Assembly: GCA_000002445.1 (NCBI GenBank)
Contig: CM000208.1
Location: 3,168,001 to 3,232,000 of the forward strand
Origin: Trypanosoma brucei
Taxonomy: Eukaryota
Direction: 5' to 3'
DNA length: 64,000 bases
Shown: in pieces, positions 33,522-45,073 of the stretch
Numbering within the stretch: position 1 is the first letter of the stretch
How the letters are laid out: each line of letters starts with the position of its first letter
Notes under the pieces: model-generated
Seen by the model: the letters and a program-made list of their open reading frames with translations, nothing else
Database searches by the model: none
What the model was told of the DNA's origin: nothing
Made by a program: the position numbers and the translations under genes

Positions 33522-34514
33522 TCATTTAGTTATATCAGACAACACCTGCCCACCATGACGCCGCACGAAATCCAGACGGCGGGGCACCATGAATGCCTTC
33601 CCTTTGCCAAGTCGGAAAAAGATGGCAACGGCAAGAAGCCCGCTTAGCATGCCAATAACGCTACCAGCCACTACATCACCGCTGTGGTGACGATTGTCGC
33701 GTAACCGTGACGCAGCAACGGCGCATGCAAAATAAATCGGCAGGAGACCAACGAGCGTGCGCCACACAGATGCACCACTGAAGGCACGCAGAACTGAAAG
33801 GAAGTACATGGCCATAGGCGTGAAAACAGAGAAGGCGCAACCGCTGTGACCTGAAGGGAAAGACCGTCTGCCTTCTGCAGCAACCTTGCACCAATCTTTA
33901 ACTCTGGATGTCGAATTGTAACCTTCGCGTTCCAACCTAGCGAGGAAGTCGGGACGGAGCACACCAGCGTAAACTTTCAGAACTTCAACGATACAAAGGG
34001 CCAATACAACTGAGAAACCGTGCGCCACAACCCAATAATTAGCGGTTTCAAGGAACGTCATTAACCGCTTTGAGCTGCCTTTGTTCTCTGTCGTAAATGA
34101 CCCGTCAGGGCAGTTACCAGTACGTTCCGCGGCAGCATTATTAAACCCGTCGGAAGATACCTCCAGCATCTCTACTGGAGCCCGCGATTCATCAGGGAGA
34201 CGGTTAGACACATGTATATCCAAATACCACTCCCCCTTCGAGGCGAAAAGGGCACGTAAAAACTCCATTATGAAGTAAAATCCAATGGGCGCAACCTCCA
34301 TTATAAGGAGAGTTAACACAGAAAATGTTGAACTCTTTAGCTTGTAGCTTATGGTTGCATCGGTCCACGAAAAACCTCGGCAATACGGTTGAAGGGATTC
34401 CATCCACAGGCAAACGACGAATGCTATCCCAATTAGCAGAAAATAGTCCAAAACGTGAAATACTTTACAGTAGTGCACAAACTTCGAACAGCACGTCCCG
34501 CTTTCGGTGGTCAT
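33522..34514 (-). CDS. PAP2-family lipid phosphate phosphatase (phosphatidic acid phosphatase type 2), multi-pass membrane protein
   Basis: All three PAP2 signature motifs are present in order: K-x6-RP-like (KVYAGVLRPDF), PSGH (SFPSGHSG) and SR-x5-H-x3-D (SRLRDNRHHSGDV). Several hydrophobic helices. Confidence 0.7.
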   Translation of the reverse strand: MTTESGTCCSKFVHYCKVFHVLDYFLLIGIAFVVCLWMESLQPYCRGFSWTDATISYKLKSSTFSVLTLLIMEVAPIGFYFIMEFLRALFASKGEWYLDIHVSNRLPDESRAPVEMLEVSSDGFNNAAAERTGNCPDGSFTTENKGSSKRLMTFLETANYWVVAHGFSVVLALCIVEVLKVYAGVLRPDFLARLEREGYNSTSRVKDWCKVAAEGRRSFPSGHSGCAFSVFTPMAMYFLSVLRAFSGASVWRTLVGLLPIYFACAVAASRLRDNRHHSGDVVAGSVIGMLSGLLAVAIFFRLGKGKAFMVPRRLDFVRRHGGQVLSDITK

Positions 34515-34951
34515 TTTCGCACTTCTTGAAATGATTAATTACTCCCAAGAACTACAACTTGTATCAGACACGGGGGAAAGCAAAATGTAGAGAGCACTAA
34601 AGGAAGACAACAAACTCGGAAAGAAAATACCAGGCAAGAAAATAGGCGGTCTTTCACTACCACCAACCAGCAAACATCACACAACCATACGGTCTGCAAA
34701 TGCATTATTATGAAACTCAGTGCGCTGCGCCACATTGGCACGGTAACAAGAGGCACACAGCACAAAAAAAGACCATACCACACAACTGCCACCCACAATA
34801 ACATCTACAAGCCGACAACACGGGGCTCAGCTTTAACGATACTGACAAGTGCACTCCGGTAAGTGTAGTGATATTTTTCAAAAAGCACAACATAAGCCTC
34901 ACTTCTACACCACCGATAACGCGTGCAAATAAGCCTGGCGGTGAAACTCCA

Positions 34952-35799
34952 ACGCAAGTACGAGCAAGCACAGCAAACACCTGGTGGCACAATAAGGAAT
35001 ATCACAGGGAAGAAACTAGAAGAAAGGAGGATAGGCGGTGTGTACACAAGGCACCGACATACTCGCCTCGCCTCTTGGAAAGCCACCACCCACAACGCAC
35101 CACCAAAAAGGCATGCCGTGGCTACGGGCCTCCTCAGAAATAGAAGGTAACACTGAAGAAACAGCAATGGGGGAAATTACTGCAGGTACGTGTCAGTCAA
35201 GTACAGCACTCTCGCTGAAAGCGTTGGTATCAATCAGCACTAAGTTGTCACTCAGTCGCGCACTACAACTTCTGTCCTCATACACAGCCATGCAGCAGAA
35301 CATCTCCGCCACATGTATCACCCCACAATGCATGCAAAGCACGGTGTGGGGCGGTTGTATGGGCGTCGATACAGCAACAGTGAATAAAGATGCAGTGTAA
35401 ACACACATAGCAGGAAGGAGTTAGGGACGGTAAATGCCGGTACAATCAACACCGCTGCTCAACATTTGTACACATTCAAGAGTCCTCATTGGATGTGTCG
35501 GTCCGCCTGTCGTTAGACAGTTTCTCATCGTCGCAGCGGTGTCGTGCCCATAACATGTCACATTTCGCATAGTCCAATGATCCAAGAGTCAAAAGAGAAG
35601 GGAAAAAAGAGTAACGAGGGGAAGAAGGGAGGAATCAGATAGATTGGTAAACGCAAAGTTGGTTTCTCGTTCATTATGGGTCGTCAGTGCGCACTACAAC
35701 TGCAGTCACATCACGCAGAGTAAACGCTATTGGAATATCTCCGCCTCCTGAAATCGCCCCACAACGATTTCTGCACATGTGAGGCGTTAGACAGAGACG
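34952..35799. repeat. Direct repeat copy 2 (848 bp), about 99 percent identical to 29044-29891
   Basis: Same evidence as copy 1. The two copies lie 5908 bp apart in direct orientation and flank the hypothetical gene 30396..32450 and the PAP2 gene. Confidence 0.9.
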
Positions 35800-36711
35800 G
35801 TAACCCGCAACAGCAGCTGCTGCAGGAAGAATGCATGTCCTCGGCCAGTACGGAATATTTATCACATTGGTTTCTATGGCGGCCCACTTGGCGTTAACCG
35901 ATTCTCCATCTAACACCATCGCCCTGGTGAGAAGGTTTTCTGTCTATTTTTCTTGGGTGATGAGTGATAAGCGTATTTTGGTACTGCCTTAGGTTTGTAC
36001 ATATGAAAAGAAATAACGAGGAAATAAAAACAAAGTTTTGATTATCCTGCAGCATCAGTCTACTTCATTGCAGGCAGAAAACGCTCATTTACGTATGAAC
36101 ATATTCATATCATCCCCATCTTCAAGTACGCTTCCCACGCACGTACACAAAGTGGTAAGTGGGAATGTACGAAAAGAGAAGAATGGAAGAATAATACTTT
36201 AAATACCCAGTCGCACTTGCGGACACCCTCTAACGATCCCAGCGGGAACGGTTGAGGTGGCACATACAAGATAATTAGCATAATCAAATATGGAAAAAAA
36301 AAAGAAAAGTAAAAGGGACAGAGCACGGTAGAAACAAAAAAGAAAAAGAAAGCAACTCCGTACACCTTCTGTTTTTTTTTCACTGCCAAAGCAGGACCGC
36401 TCTGTGCCACACACTGGCAAAACAAAAGCGGAAAATGTGGAGGGGAAAAGGACAGGATGAAAGGTAATAAAAAAAAGAAAATTGAAGAAACGTGTCGCAT
36501 GATATAAAAAAGGAGATATAACGTCCCTCTTTTATAATCGGTGGCATTGCTGCTTTGGTCTTTTTTATGGCTGAGCTGATTCATACCGGCCCGAGTTTGC
36601 TCTTTGTGACATTGTGAAGAGGAGTTGCCAGTTAAGGTCCACACAACACCGTCACCTACGGTAGCAAGTAGATACTGCAAACTCACACACACCTGGGGGT
36701 GGGGGATTTAA

Positions 36712-36731
36712 AAAATAATAATAATAATAAT
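36712..36731. repeat. (AAT)n microsatellite
   Basis: aataataataataataat sits in a low-complexity intergenic region. Confidence 0.85.
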
Positions 36732-36988
36732 TGTAAAACGAAGTAAGGCATCTCTCTTATAGCCGCAGCCGCCATTACGAGCACAGGGAAGGTAGACATT
36801 TGCTCACGCTGCAGGCAGTAAGTTATCATATAAATAAATCAAGAAAAAAATTACGCAAGGGGGGATGCACTCATTCCCTTCCGGACACGGAACAGAAAAT
36901 TGAAGAAACAGGTGTGTAAGTAAAACACAAAAAATAAGGTACCACATAGCACGGTGGATTAACCAAAGGACTAAAAGAAAGAAGTTGT

Positions 36989-36989
36989 G

Positions 36990-37024
<35 letters not shown>
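36989..37024. repeat. Compound (CA)n(TA)n microsatellite
   Basis: gcacacacacacacacacatatatatatatatatat. Confidence 0.9.
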
Positions 37025-38143
37025 GAGCAAATACCCCCGCGGAATGAATGATTACGCAAAAACCACGGAAAGGGGAAGTAGTTGTACCCAAGATGTAAGC
37101 ACTGCAGCTGTAAAAAAAAAAAAGTGTTCGGTGCCCAACCACATGACCCCGCCCACAGCCGAGAAGCAACACTTGCAATAAAACGGCGGAAACAAGAGCG
37201 ACACACAAACAGTTGGAAGTAACCGAAGTATAAATCCTTCCCTTGGGCTTTACGAACGCGTTTTGGTATTGAAAAGGAAATTCGAGGAGATTTTAAATGC
37301 ACACACTTGTGGAGGGTCAGCCGTTCAGAAGTGACGACGCTCATCCTCAGTTGGTAGCCTCTCTTCCATTACCCCACACGTTTCAATTTTACGTCCCCTC
37401 GACTACAACTGAGTGTGTTTTACACTTGCCTTGCTTATCCACACCGTCTTTCCTTCCGCTTTTCTACAGCAAGATCGCACGTTTTCGCCACGTTTTGCAC
37501 TTATCAAAAAAAAATATATATTCGTTTTGTTTTTACCCCCTTTAGCCCCACGTTTTTTTCTTTTGTTCGCTCCGGCGCACGCACAGCCACATGCATGTTT
37601 CGCCATGCGTTGCTGTTCATCAACGTTTACAGTCGTATGACGATAATAAGGAAGACGATGATAGTAATAATAGTAATAATAACAGTAAGGAAATAATTAA
37701 AAGAGCTAAAAGAAAAAGTAAAGATCGGTAGATCAAAATGGTGACAAACACATCACCACACACGTATTTACGTACGTGCACGTACATATATATATACGTT
37801 TTTGAAGACGTAAGGTACTGCAACCACATAGAGTATTTTAAATGTGTTGACCGCAAGCACTCCCAGATGCACATCACTGTGGTAATACCCGCGTGCCCAC
37901 TTTCCTTCAGTGGAGATATCCCACAAGCTGCTTTCCATCTCATTCAGTCTGGTAACAGCCCCTTCAGTCGCACTTGCACCAACTTTGTCCAGAGCTTCCG
38001 CTGCTGTTTTATGAGCGTTGACGTACAATACTTTGCCTTCACGTCGAAACCCGCCGCCAGCGAAACTTTCAATTGGTTTGCAACTGTTTCTACAATTTGT
38101 TTTCTTGCTTCCCTTCCCTCGTCTGCCTCATCTCCCATCCCCG

Positions 38144-38152
38144 CCCCCCCCC
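38144..38152. repeat. C9 homopolymer
   Basis: ccccccccc lies just downstream of the citrate synthase stop. Confidence 0.8.
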
Positions 38153-38180
38153 AGTTTTTGAACCGCTGGGACGCGCTACC

Positions 38181-39635
38181 CTACGCTATGTTGTACTTTG
38201 TGAGAAGTGACTCACTTGTCATCGTTTTGGGTCTCTCGATAGGTCGCCCCTGCAGTCGATCCCATACGATTCCTGTAAGGACCCCCAGCTGTCGCGAAAG
38301 ACCGAATAGAACTGTGTAAAATAACTGTTCTTTCATCCCATAGTGCTGAAGAAGTACACCGGATTGGGCATCAACGTTGGGGAACGGATTCCTCACCTTA
38401 CCATGTTTCTTGAGGATTCCGGGCATGATCTCGTAGATGGCGTCAACGAGTATAAAAAGCTCATCATTAGGGAAGTTATTTTTACAGTACTCGCGGAAGC
38501 AGGTGTAACGGGGGTCAGTCATACCAAGAACAGCATGCCCATAACCTGGCACCACCCTTTTGGCGTTGAGCACATCCCAAGTGAGTTTTTCCAGCTCCGC
38601 GGCAAGCCGCTTGCGATCATGAAGGTCCACACCTGCAGCTTTGCATTTGTCGCGCATCTCAAATAAATATGTTAACACCTCTTGGTTTGCCAAACCGTGA
38701 AGTGGGCCAGCGAGGCCGGCGAGACCTGCAACAAGGGATAGATATGGGTCACTGAGTGCTGATGCAACCAAAACTGTGGCGTGAGCAGACACGTTGCCAC
38801 CTTCATGGTCCGCATGGAGGCAAAGGTAAAGGCGCATGCAGTCCCAGAATGACTCATCTTTATATCCCAGCATGTTTGTAAAGTTTGCTGCCCAATCAAG
38901 ATTAGGGTCACTGGGGTTGGCCAGTTGCGCCTTACCAGTTGCGAGACGATTGTACACAATGGCCGCCACATGTGAAGAGCGAGCGATCAAGTCAAGGCTG
39001 TCATCCAGTGCATACTCCCAATAGTTTGTTTTGTTCGCCTTCCCCTGGGAATACGCTGTGGCAAACTTCGAGTACGTTTGGAGGGCCATTAAACCAGCGC
39101 CAAACTGAGTCATGGGATGAGAGTTATCCGGCAATGAGGCAATTGTCTTCACGGCAGCACTGATTGCACGCTCGTCTGCACGGCGGTGCAATTCTTCGTG
39201 CATTTCTTTCACCTGCCGCTCGTTTGGTATTGTGCCGGTCACAAGCAACCACAGCATTCCCTCAGGGAGCGGGGAGCTTCCGCCACGCCACGATTTGGGA
39301 AGTTTTTCGCAGCACTCCGAAATGGTGAGCCCCCGGAAGCGAATACCAACTTCCTTATCGAGATATGATGGTTCATAAACGAAACCGGTAACTCCGCGCA
39401 TGCCACCGTACATGCTGGACACCGTGGACTCTGAAAGCTTATCCCCGCCATGTTTGGCTATCAGTTGCTTAATGCGAGGCGCATCACTCTGGTGTTTTTT
39501 CAGTATAGACAGTTTCAGTTCATCAAAGATAGGCGAACCGCCGGCGGCAGCACAAAACAATGAGGGCGAAGATGAAAACCCTCGTAACATAGCTCCCCTC
39601 ACGATTCCAGATGAGTAACGAGCACGCATGCACAT
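38181..39635 (-). CDS. CS: Citrate synthase (mitochondrial)
   Basis: Full-length similarity to eukaryotic citrate synthase, including the GYGHAVL signature and catalytic His/Asp context (HADHEGGNVSAH). Start is set at Met25 (MCMRARYSSGIVRGAMLRGFSSS, presequence-like; 'cat' at 39633-39635). The ORF track extends to 39707. Confidence 0.9.
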   Translation of the reverse strand: MCMRARYSSGIVRGAMLRGFSSSPSLFCAAAGGSPIFDELKLSILKKHQSDAPRIKQLIAKHGGDKLSESTVSSMYGGMRGVTGFVYEPSYLDKEVGIRFRGLTISECCEKLPKSWRGGSSPLPEGMLWLLVTGTIPNERQVKEMHEELHRRADERAISAAVKTIASLPDNSHPMTQFGAGLMALQTYSKFATAYSQGKANKTNYWEYALDDSLDLIARSSHVAAIVYNRLATGKAQLANPSDPNLDWAANFTNMLGYKDESFWDCMRLYLCLHADHEGGNVSAHATVLVASALSDPYLSLVAGLAGLAGPLHGLANQEVLTYLFEMRDKCKAAGVDLHDRKRLAAELEKLTWDVLNAKRVVPGYGHAVLGMTDPRYTCFREYCKNNFPNDELFILVDAIYEIMPGILKKHGKVRNPFPNVDAQSGVLLQHYGMKEQLFYTVLFGLSRQLGVLTGIVWDRLQGRPIERPKTMTSESLLTKYNIA

Positions 39636-39996
39636 TGGAAATAAATCCTCCCGTTTAGTGATGGTGTTACCTTTCAAATGCAAATCTGACAAATTATAGA
39701 GGAACAACTGGCGGTATTTTCCTTTCTCTTTTTTGCTGTTGCTTTTTATATCCCTTTGTATGCCTTTAACTGCGAATTTTGCTCAGAACGCGGCGAGCCA
39801 CAGATTAAAATAAACAGAACGAAAAGGGTGCAACAGCTCTGTGGACAATGGAGTCCCCTCAGAGGGGTGGGGTTGGAGAGACCATGTTAAATATTAAAAA
39901 ATGAGATGCAACGGGGAAGTCGTGTATTTGGAAACGGCGTATTGTGCCCACACACAATTTTCAAGCTTCCTGCTGCCGCAACCGCACGGCGACGAT

Positions 39997-40007
39997 GGGG
40001 GGGGGGG
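39997..40007. repeat. G11 homopolymer
   Basis: ggggggggggg sits about 290-360 bp upstream of the citrate synthase start in the transcription direction (start 39635, or 39707 per the ORF track), which is on the minus strand. Confidence 0.85.
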
Positions 40008-40478
40008 TAATAGAAAAATAAAAGATCGATGAGTGGAGGGTAGTACGACGACATCGCACGCTAACACAAATCATGAGCAGTTGCGCTAAGCAGATGTTGG
40101 TGCTGCGCTAACGGGATATGGACACAGCTTCGCCACAGGTTGTCGCACGCACCTCGATAGCTCAATCCAGTGGTTTCTGGCTCTTCTACGGCGCAAGTCG
40201 CACAAAGCAGGTATGTCTGTGCAAGTCCCTTCATAGGAGTGACCGGCACCCTTGAGAGACACGTACATACTGTTCACAAAAACACGGCAAAATAAAAATA
40301 AAACAGACGTCACATTCCTCGTGTAAGTTGATCACGGGCCACCTCTGCCAAACATGCAAACATTTCCTCCGAACAAAGACCTGAGCCACAGAGCAGAAAC
40401 CACCCCATACATTGCCGAGAACTACATGTCGCTCCAACAGACTCTACCGTACACACACATACTGAGCACTTGTAACCT

Positions 40479-42047
40479 TCATTTGTGGGTTTGCAAGCGC
40501 AGAACGGCGTATCGTGTGTCAACAACATGGTTATCACTCAGCACTGGGCCCGACGGCACGTACATGAATCGCACTGATTCTTGTGTCAAACGCATGCACC
40601 GGCCTACGCCTGAACGCAAAAAGCTTAATTTTACATCTTTGATTCTTACGTGCGATGTGGTACTCTCAGGGAGAAGTTCTAACGGGCCCCGTGCTGTGAG
40701 CAGAAGAACCCCATGACAAAACGTAGTTGGTGAACCTTTCGGTGGTACTGACTGCAAAGTGTGCAACCGACCACTGAAGAGGGGTCCCCGCTCGCCTCCC
40801 TCCCACGGCGGATTTGTGGGCGGAGGTTTCGAAGCTTGCGATGTGGTCGACAACATCTCCTGTTGCTGATTTTTCAAGTTGAAGGACGGACTACTTCCCA
40901 TTTCTACATTTGTCTTCCTTTCGCCGTGAAGTTCAGTAGAATCGAGCTTCTCCAAACTCTGCACAACCTCCACGTCCGAGATCCGGTATCCCTCGCCCGT
41001 GAGGCTGCTGGTGCCAGACGTTCCTTGGGCTGCCATAGATGAATGAAGTCCATCACGGAACTTTTGTGGCAGCTCCGCGACACGAAACTCACCTACCTCA
41101 CTGGAAAACACCGTTGATATCCATTCTCCGCGTAGCTGCACTCCCATTGGGTACGCTGAACGCAGAAAGGAGGGAAGGTACGACTGACAAATGTCTTGTA
41201 TGATAGAAGATTGATCTGAGGGACTCATGAACAAAACGCCAATGGGAGCGCCCCAACGTGACTCACCATGCAGCAAAACGTTCATTGCTTTAACCCCTGT
41301 AGAGGTCTGCGGAAGCCGCAGTTCGCCTGTCTTCAATACTCCCTCCAGGGGAAAAACGATAGCACCTTCCGGAGGAAACTGTTCAAGTTGCAAGGCGGCA
41401 ACATCACTGTAGTTGCGGTGTTGCGCCGAGCCATTCAAGTCAACTGCCAGAACGAAATCACTGCCAACGAGAATCCAAACAGGTTGTAACTGTTCTTTGC
41501 TCAGTTGTGCCCCACCCCTCCCTTCCGCGTGACGTATCACCCACTCCCTCATATCGAACTTGCGAGCATCTGCCTCAATCATACTATTCAAAAGATCAAT
41601 GGCTTTATGAAACTGGGCTTTGTCAGCGGGTCTCCGCCGACAAATAAGCTTTTCAGAGCCCTTGTCGTCCACTCCGCAGCTATCCGGAGGAGCTCTTGGA
41701 CAAATTGCATTTAACCTATGATCAAGATGAACTATGTTACGTTTTTGCATTCTGCCGAGAAATTTCGGCTGCTGTCCACCATCTTCCGGACTGGGTGGCC
41801 CACACATTTTTGGTTTTATATGTCCTGGTAACAACGGAATGGAGTGGCGCGGCAGTGGTGGGGATTCGCAGACCTTTTCCCCATTATTTGCCTTTCCGGG
41901 CATCAGGGTTCCTTTGGAGCGGAGAGGTCGAAGCGAGCCAACTAATGTCTTCGATGAATTGGCAAGCGAATTAGGCGTCGCCTTGCTGGAACCATCTTGC
42001 CCTTGCGGCGGTGCAGAGTTTGTGGGTAGTGGGATTTCTACACCCAT
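40479..42047 (-). CDS. Hypothetical protein (522 aa)
   Basis: A complete ORF on the coding strand with non-repetitive composition. No motif recognised. Confidence 0.45.
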   Translation of the reverse strand: MGVEIPLPTNSAPPQGQDGSSKATPNSLANSSKTLVGSLRPLRSKGTLMPGKANNGEKVCESPPLPRHSIPLLPGHIKPKMCGPPSPEDGGQQPKFLGRMQKRNIVHLDHRLNAICPRAPPDSCGVDDKGSEKLICRRRPADKAQFHKAIDLLNSMIEADARKFDMREWVIRHAEGRGGAQLSKEQLQPVWILVGSDFVLAVDLNGSAQHRNYSDVAALQLEQFPPEGAIVFPLEGVLKTGELRLPQTSTGVKAMNVLLHGESRWGAPIGVLFMSPSDQSSIIQDICQSYLPSFLRSAYPMGVQLRGEWISTVFSSEVGEFRVAELPQKFRDGLHSSMAAQGTSGTSSLTGEGYRISDVEVVQSLEKLDSTELHGERKTNVEMGSSPSFNLKNQQQEMLSTTSQASKPPPTNPPWEGGERGPLFSGRLHTLQSVPPKGSPTTFCHGVLLLTARGPLELLPESTTSHVRIKDVKLSFLRSGVGRCMRLTQESVRFMYVPSGPVLSDNHVVDTRYAVLRLQTHK

Positions 42048-45000
42048 AACGGCGTGTCACGCAGCCGCTTCACTAACTGAAGTGTGCTGAACCGTGTCCC
42101 AAGGCCCTTTCGCTAAGGGCTACCTTTGGATTCGAGCGAATTCTTCCACTCTTCAGGGGAAAGCTTCCAAGGAGAAACAGTGAAGCTATGAACGTACATG
42201 CCGAGGGCAGGAAAAGAACACAACATACTCACCCAATGGCTTGCAAGATCGAATAAATAACACACAGAAGGTAAAACATTGCCAGACACATGCACATATA
42301 AAAGAGGAGGAAAAGGAAAACGGGTGCCGGCCACCCGGCAACTGCGCACGACAGCAAAGGGTTTGCTCCGCTGTGTGAACTCCCTTTGTCCAACGGCACA
42401 TGTTCACAGAAATACACACGCACAAAGACACACAAGGAAGAAAAAAAAAAGAAAGAAACGTTACACACACAACACATGATCCAATAGAGAACAAAACAAC
42501 TCCCTAAATCTTTCCTCCTTTCGCGTTCCCCAAACCCTCTCGCACTCACACGATGTCACATGTAACTTGTCGGGTAAAACAACCAAAGGACAAAAAGTGG
42601 CAAGCACGTTCCGTACCATCCCCACACCAGCCGAATCCTCTCCAGAGACAGACACAAAAAAACGAATAAAGAAGGTGGAGAGGAGTACATATTGATGCTC
42701 GTGAAATCGCACTAAACGAAAAAAATGCGTCACACATCCAAAAGGGGTAAAAACATCTATACATCAATCGCTTGTTTACTCATACATCTCCACAGTCAAC
42801 GGTCCACAGAATGACAACCCACCAAAACGAAGATAAGGATAAACGAACCAACAACCGAACAGAAACAATAATAAGTCGACACAGGTGCGCGAATCTAAAG
42901 GGGAAAGGTCAGGTGGGGGTGTTGCTAGCGTAAGTATTGCCACATCTCGAAACGGATGGCGCAGCGGTGAGGTAGTTGCATGATGAAGATGTGTACGCAG
43001 GGTTCAACATCAAACAAGTTGCGGTATTCGTTGCCAAATAATATAGGGGTTGGTTCACCTCAAAAAGCCTTTAGTCCCCCCTCATTATTCGCCATCTTCA
43101 CATCATCGTTACCTTCATCCGTAGGGCATCCCCCACACCTACGCCCATCCCAATCATGCATCTGTACGCCTTCCACTGTGGAACACATGCAGTTGCAAAA
43201 TTACAAATCAAAATAAATACCCCCAATGCACTCGCGTACAGGGGGAACAGAAAAACACCGAACGATTCGCAAGGAAGCAGAGCACCCAGGTACACAACGA
43301 CACCATCTCAGCCGGAAAAGTAAAAATGAAGGGGATGCAAGAGACAATTCCCCGCGCAGGGGCCAAAACCGAAGAAAAAGTTAATAGCACAACCCTCGCA
43401 TCACCACACACACACAAAAAAAAAAGAATTATGGTAAAACCGTGGTGATCAAAAGGGAAAGAGAGTTACCCCTTTTTTTATCAGAGTGGTGCAGGGGTCC
43501 CTCATTTTTTCTTTTTTTTTGGAGGGGGGGTTGTAGGATGCCACAGTTGATTGAAAGGAATTTCTTAACAACAACACCAAAGCCACCCATCTCCAGTATA
43601 TTCCCACCACCACCACCACGAAAGAAAACAAGTTAAAGGAATGGCCCCTCTTTTCTCCCCTTTAAAAAAGAGGGGAGACGGCAAGCCGTCCTCCTCACTG
43701 TAAGTCTGAGATACTCAAAAATGAATCCTTGTACCCTTCCGTCTTCACCTTCACTCAAGCAATAACTTCTTCCGACTTTTTTGCAGTGGAGCGTTTCTCT
43801 TATAATCCCTTCACTCTTCGCAGGCCTTTTTTTTTTAAATTCCATTCCTTTTTTATCCCAGCGGTTACTTCACTCATTCGCTACAAAAATTTCCCCCCCT
43901 AACTAAGCGGAGGTCTACACGCTCCCCCTCGGCACCTCCAAAGACGGGTTTTTCGTCCCTACGGTTAGTTTCACTTTCTTTTACCCATTTTACCATCACC
44001 ATCACCACCACCCCCTCCTTCCTTCTCTGTTTCAGCGGGTTGCGTTCCGCACTTATTTAACGATCCGTGAGAGTTACATTCCCGAGACGGAAAAATATTC
44101 ACACAAACATATATATGCAGACGCTTGTAAACGCACTAAGTTAGAATGACAAGAAAATAAAAGACAAAAGACAAACACCACATACACACAACGAAAAAAA
44201 ACGTGTGGAATATGATAGGCGTTTCCGACTTGGGACGTTCCTTTCACAATCATTCCCACAGTGACAGTCCACGATCTTCTGCACTCAAAAAGTAAAACTT
44301 TCTTTTAACTCCCTCCTTCCCTCCTTTTTTCTTTTTGTTTTTAAAACTTGTGCCTCGGTCACAACGTCACTCGTCACAGCTTTTGCAACGGTGACGGCTG
44401 AGCAGGCGCATACAACCCTAACACGTAAACATTACACCACCATCTTCCTCTCTAGAGATATATCCGCTTGCCGGCAAAGCACCTGTTGGTAACTTTTAAC
44501 TCTTTTCCATGTTGTCCCCGCCACTCTCTCCCAGTAAAAATGAAAAAAAAACGAAAAGGAGAGAGAGAGAGGGACAACAACGGAAAACTGAAGAAGGTAT
44601 TTGCCACCACCAAGTTAAATTATGATGAAATAATAAAAATAAATGTAGCAACACTCCCCCTCGTCCCCATATGTTGCTAAAATTTCGCCCATCTTCATCA
44701 TCAAACGTGTGTGCGATCGCACTGCTACATGCAATAATCGCATGAGAGAGAAAATGAAAAAGGGGTCAGATTATTTAAAGAATAAAAGAGAACGCATACC
44801 TGTGGCAGTTAATTATCAAATATCTCCTAAGGATACGCCAACGCAAGAATAGAGTGGGATATACAAGCACGCAAACATCCCGACACTAATACTGCAAGCG
44901 ACTTTTGCACATGCTGCGAATAACAACTTTGCACAATTGGAAAGCACCCAAAAATATTGCAAACCATCCTTCCCCCTCTTCGTTTCTTGACAACTTCGGT

Positions 45001-45073
45001 TACTTCACTTTCATCGAAACGCCCATGTTTATGTTTCTTTGTACGTATGAATGTATGAGAAAAAGGTGAGTTA

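Noticed and set aside
29044-35799. The two 848-bp direct repeats as a possible CRISPR array or transposon termini.
   Set aside because: There are only two copies, each 848 bp long, 5.9 kb apart, with genes rather than short spacers between them. I see no terminal inverted repeats, no target-site duplication and no transposase or RT ORF. The context is eukaryotic.
36105-38319. ORFs of 64-195 aa in the microsatellite-rich gap (36105..36692, 36804..37208, 36871..37344, 37738..38319 and others).
   Set aside because: Their translations are dominated by F/L/C/P runs created by homopolymer and dinucleotide repeats. There are frame-overlapping ORFs on both strands and no motifs.
40090-40250. A possible tRNA-like segment (gatagctcaatccagtggtt) and a general scan for tRNA T-loop motifs (GGTTCGAATCC/GGATTCGAACC).
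   Set aside because: No canonical T-loop/acceptor pairing was found here or elsewhere in the window by eye, so no tRNA is called.
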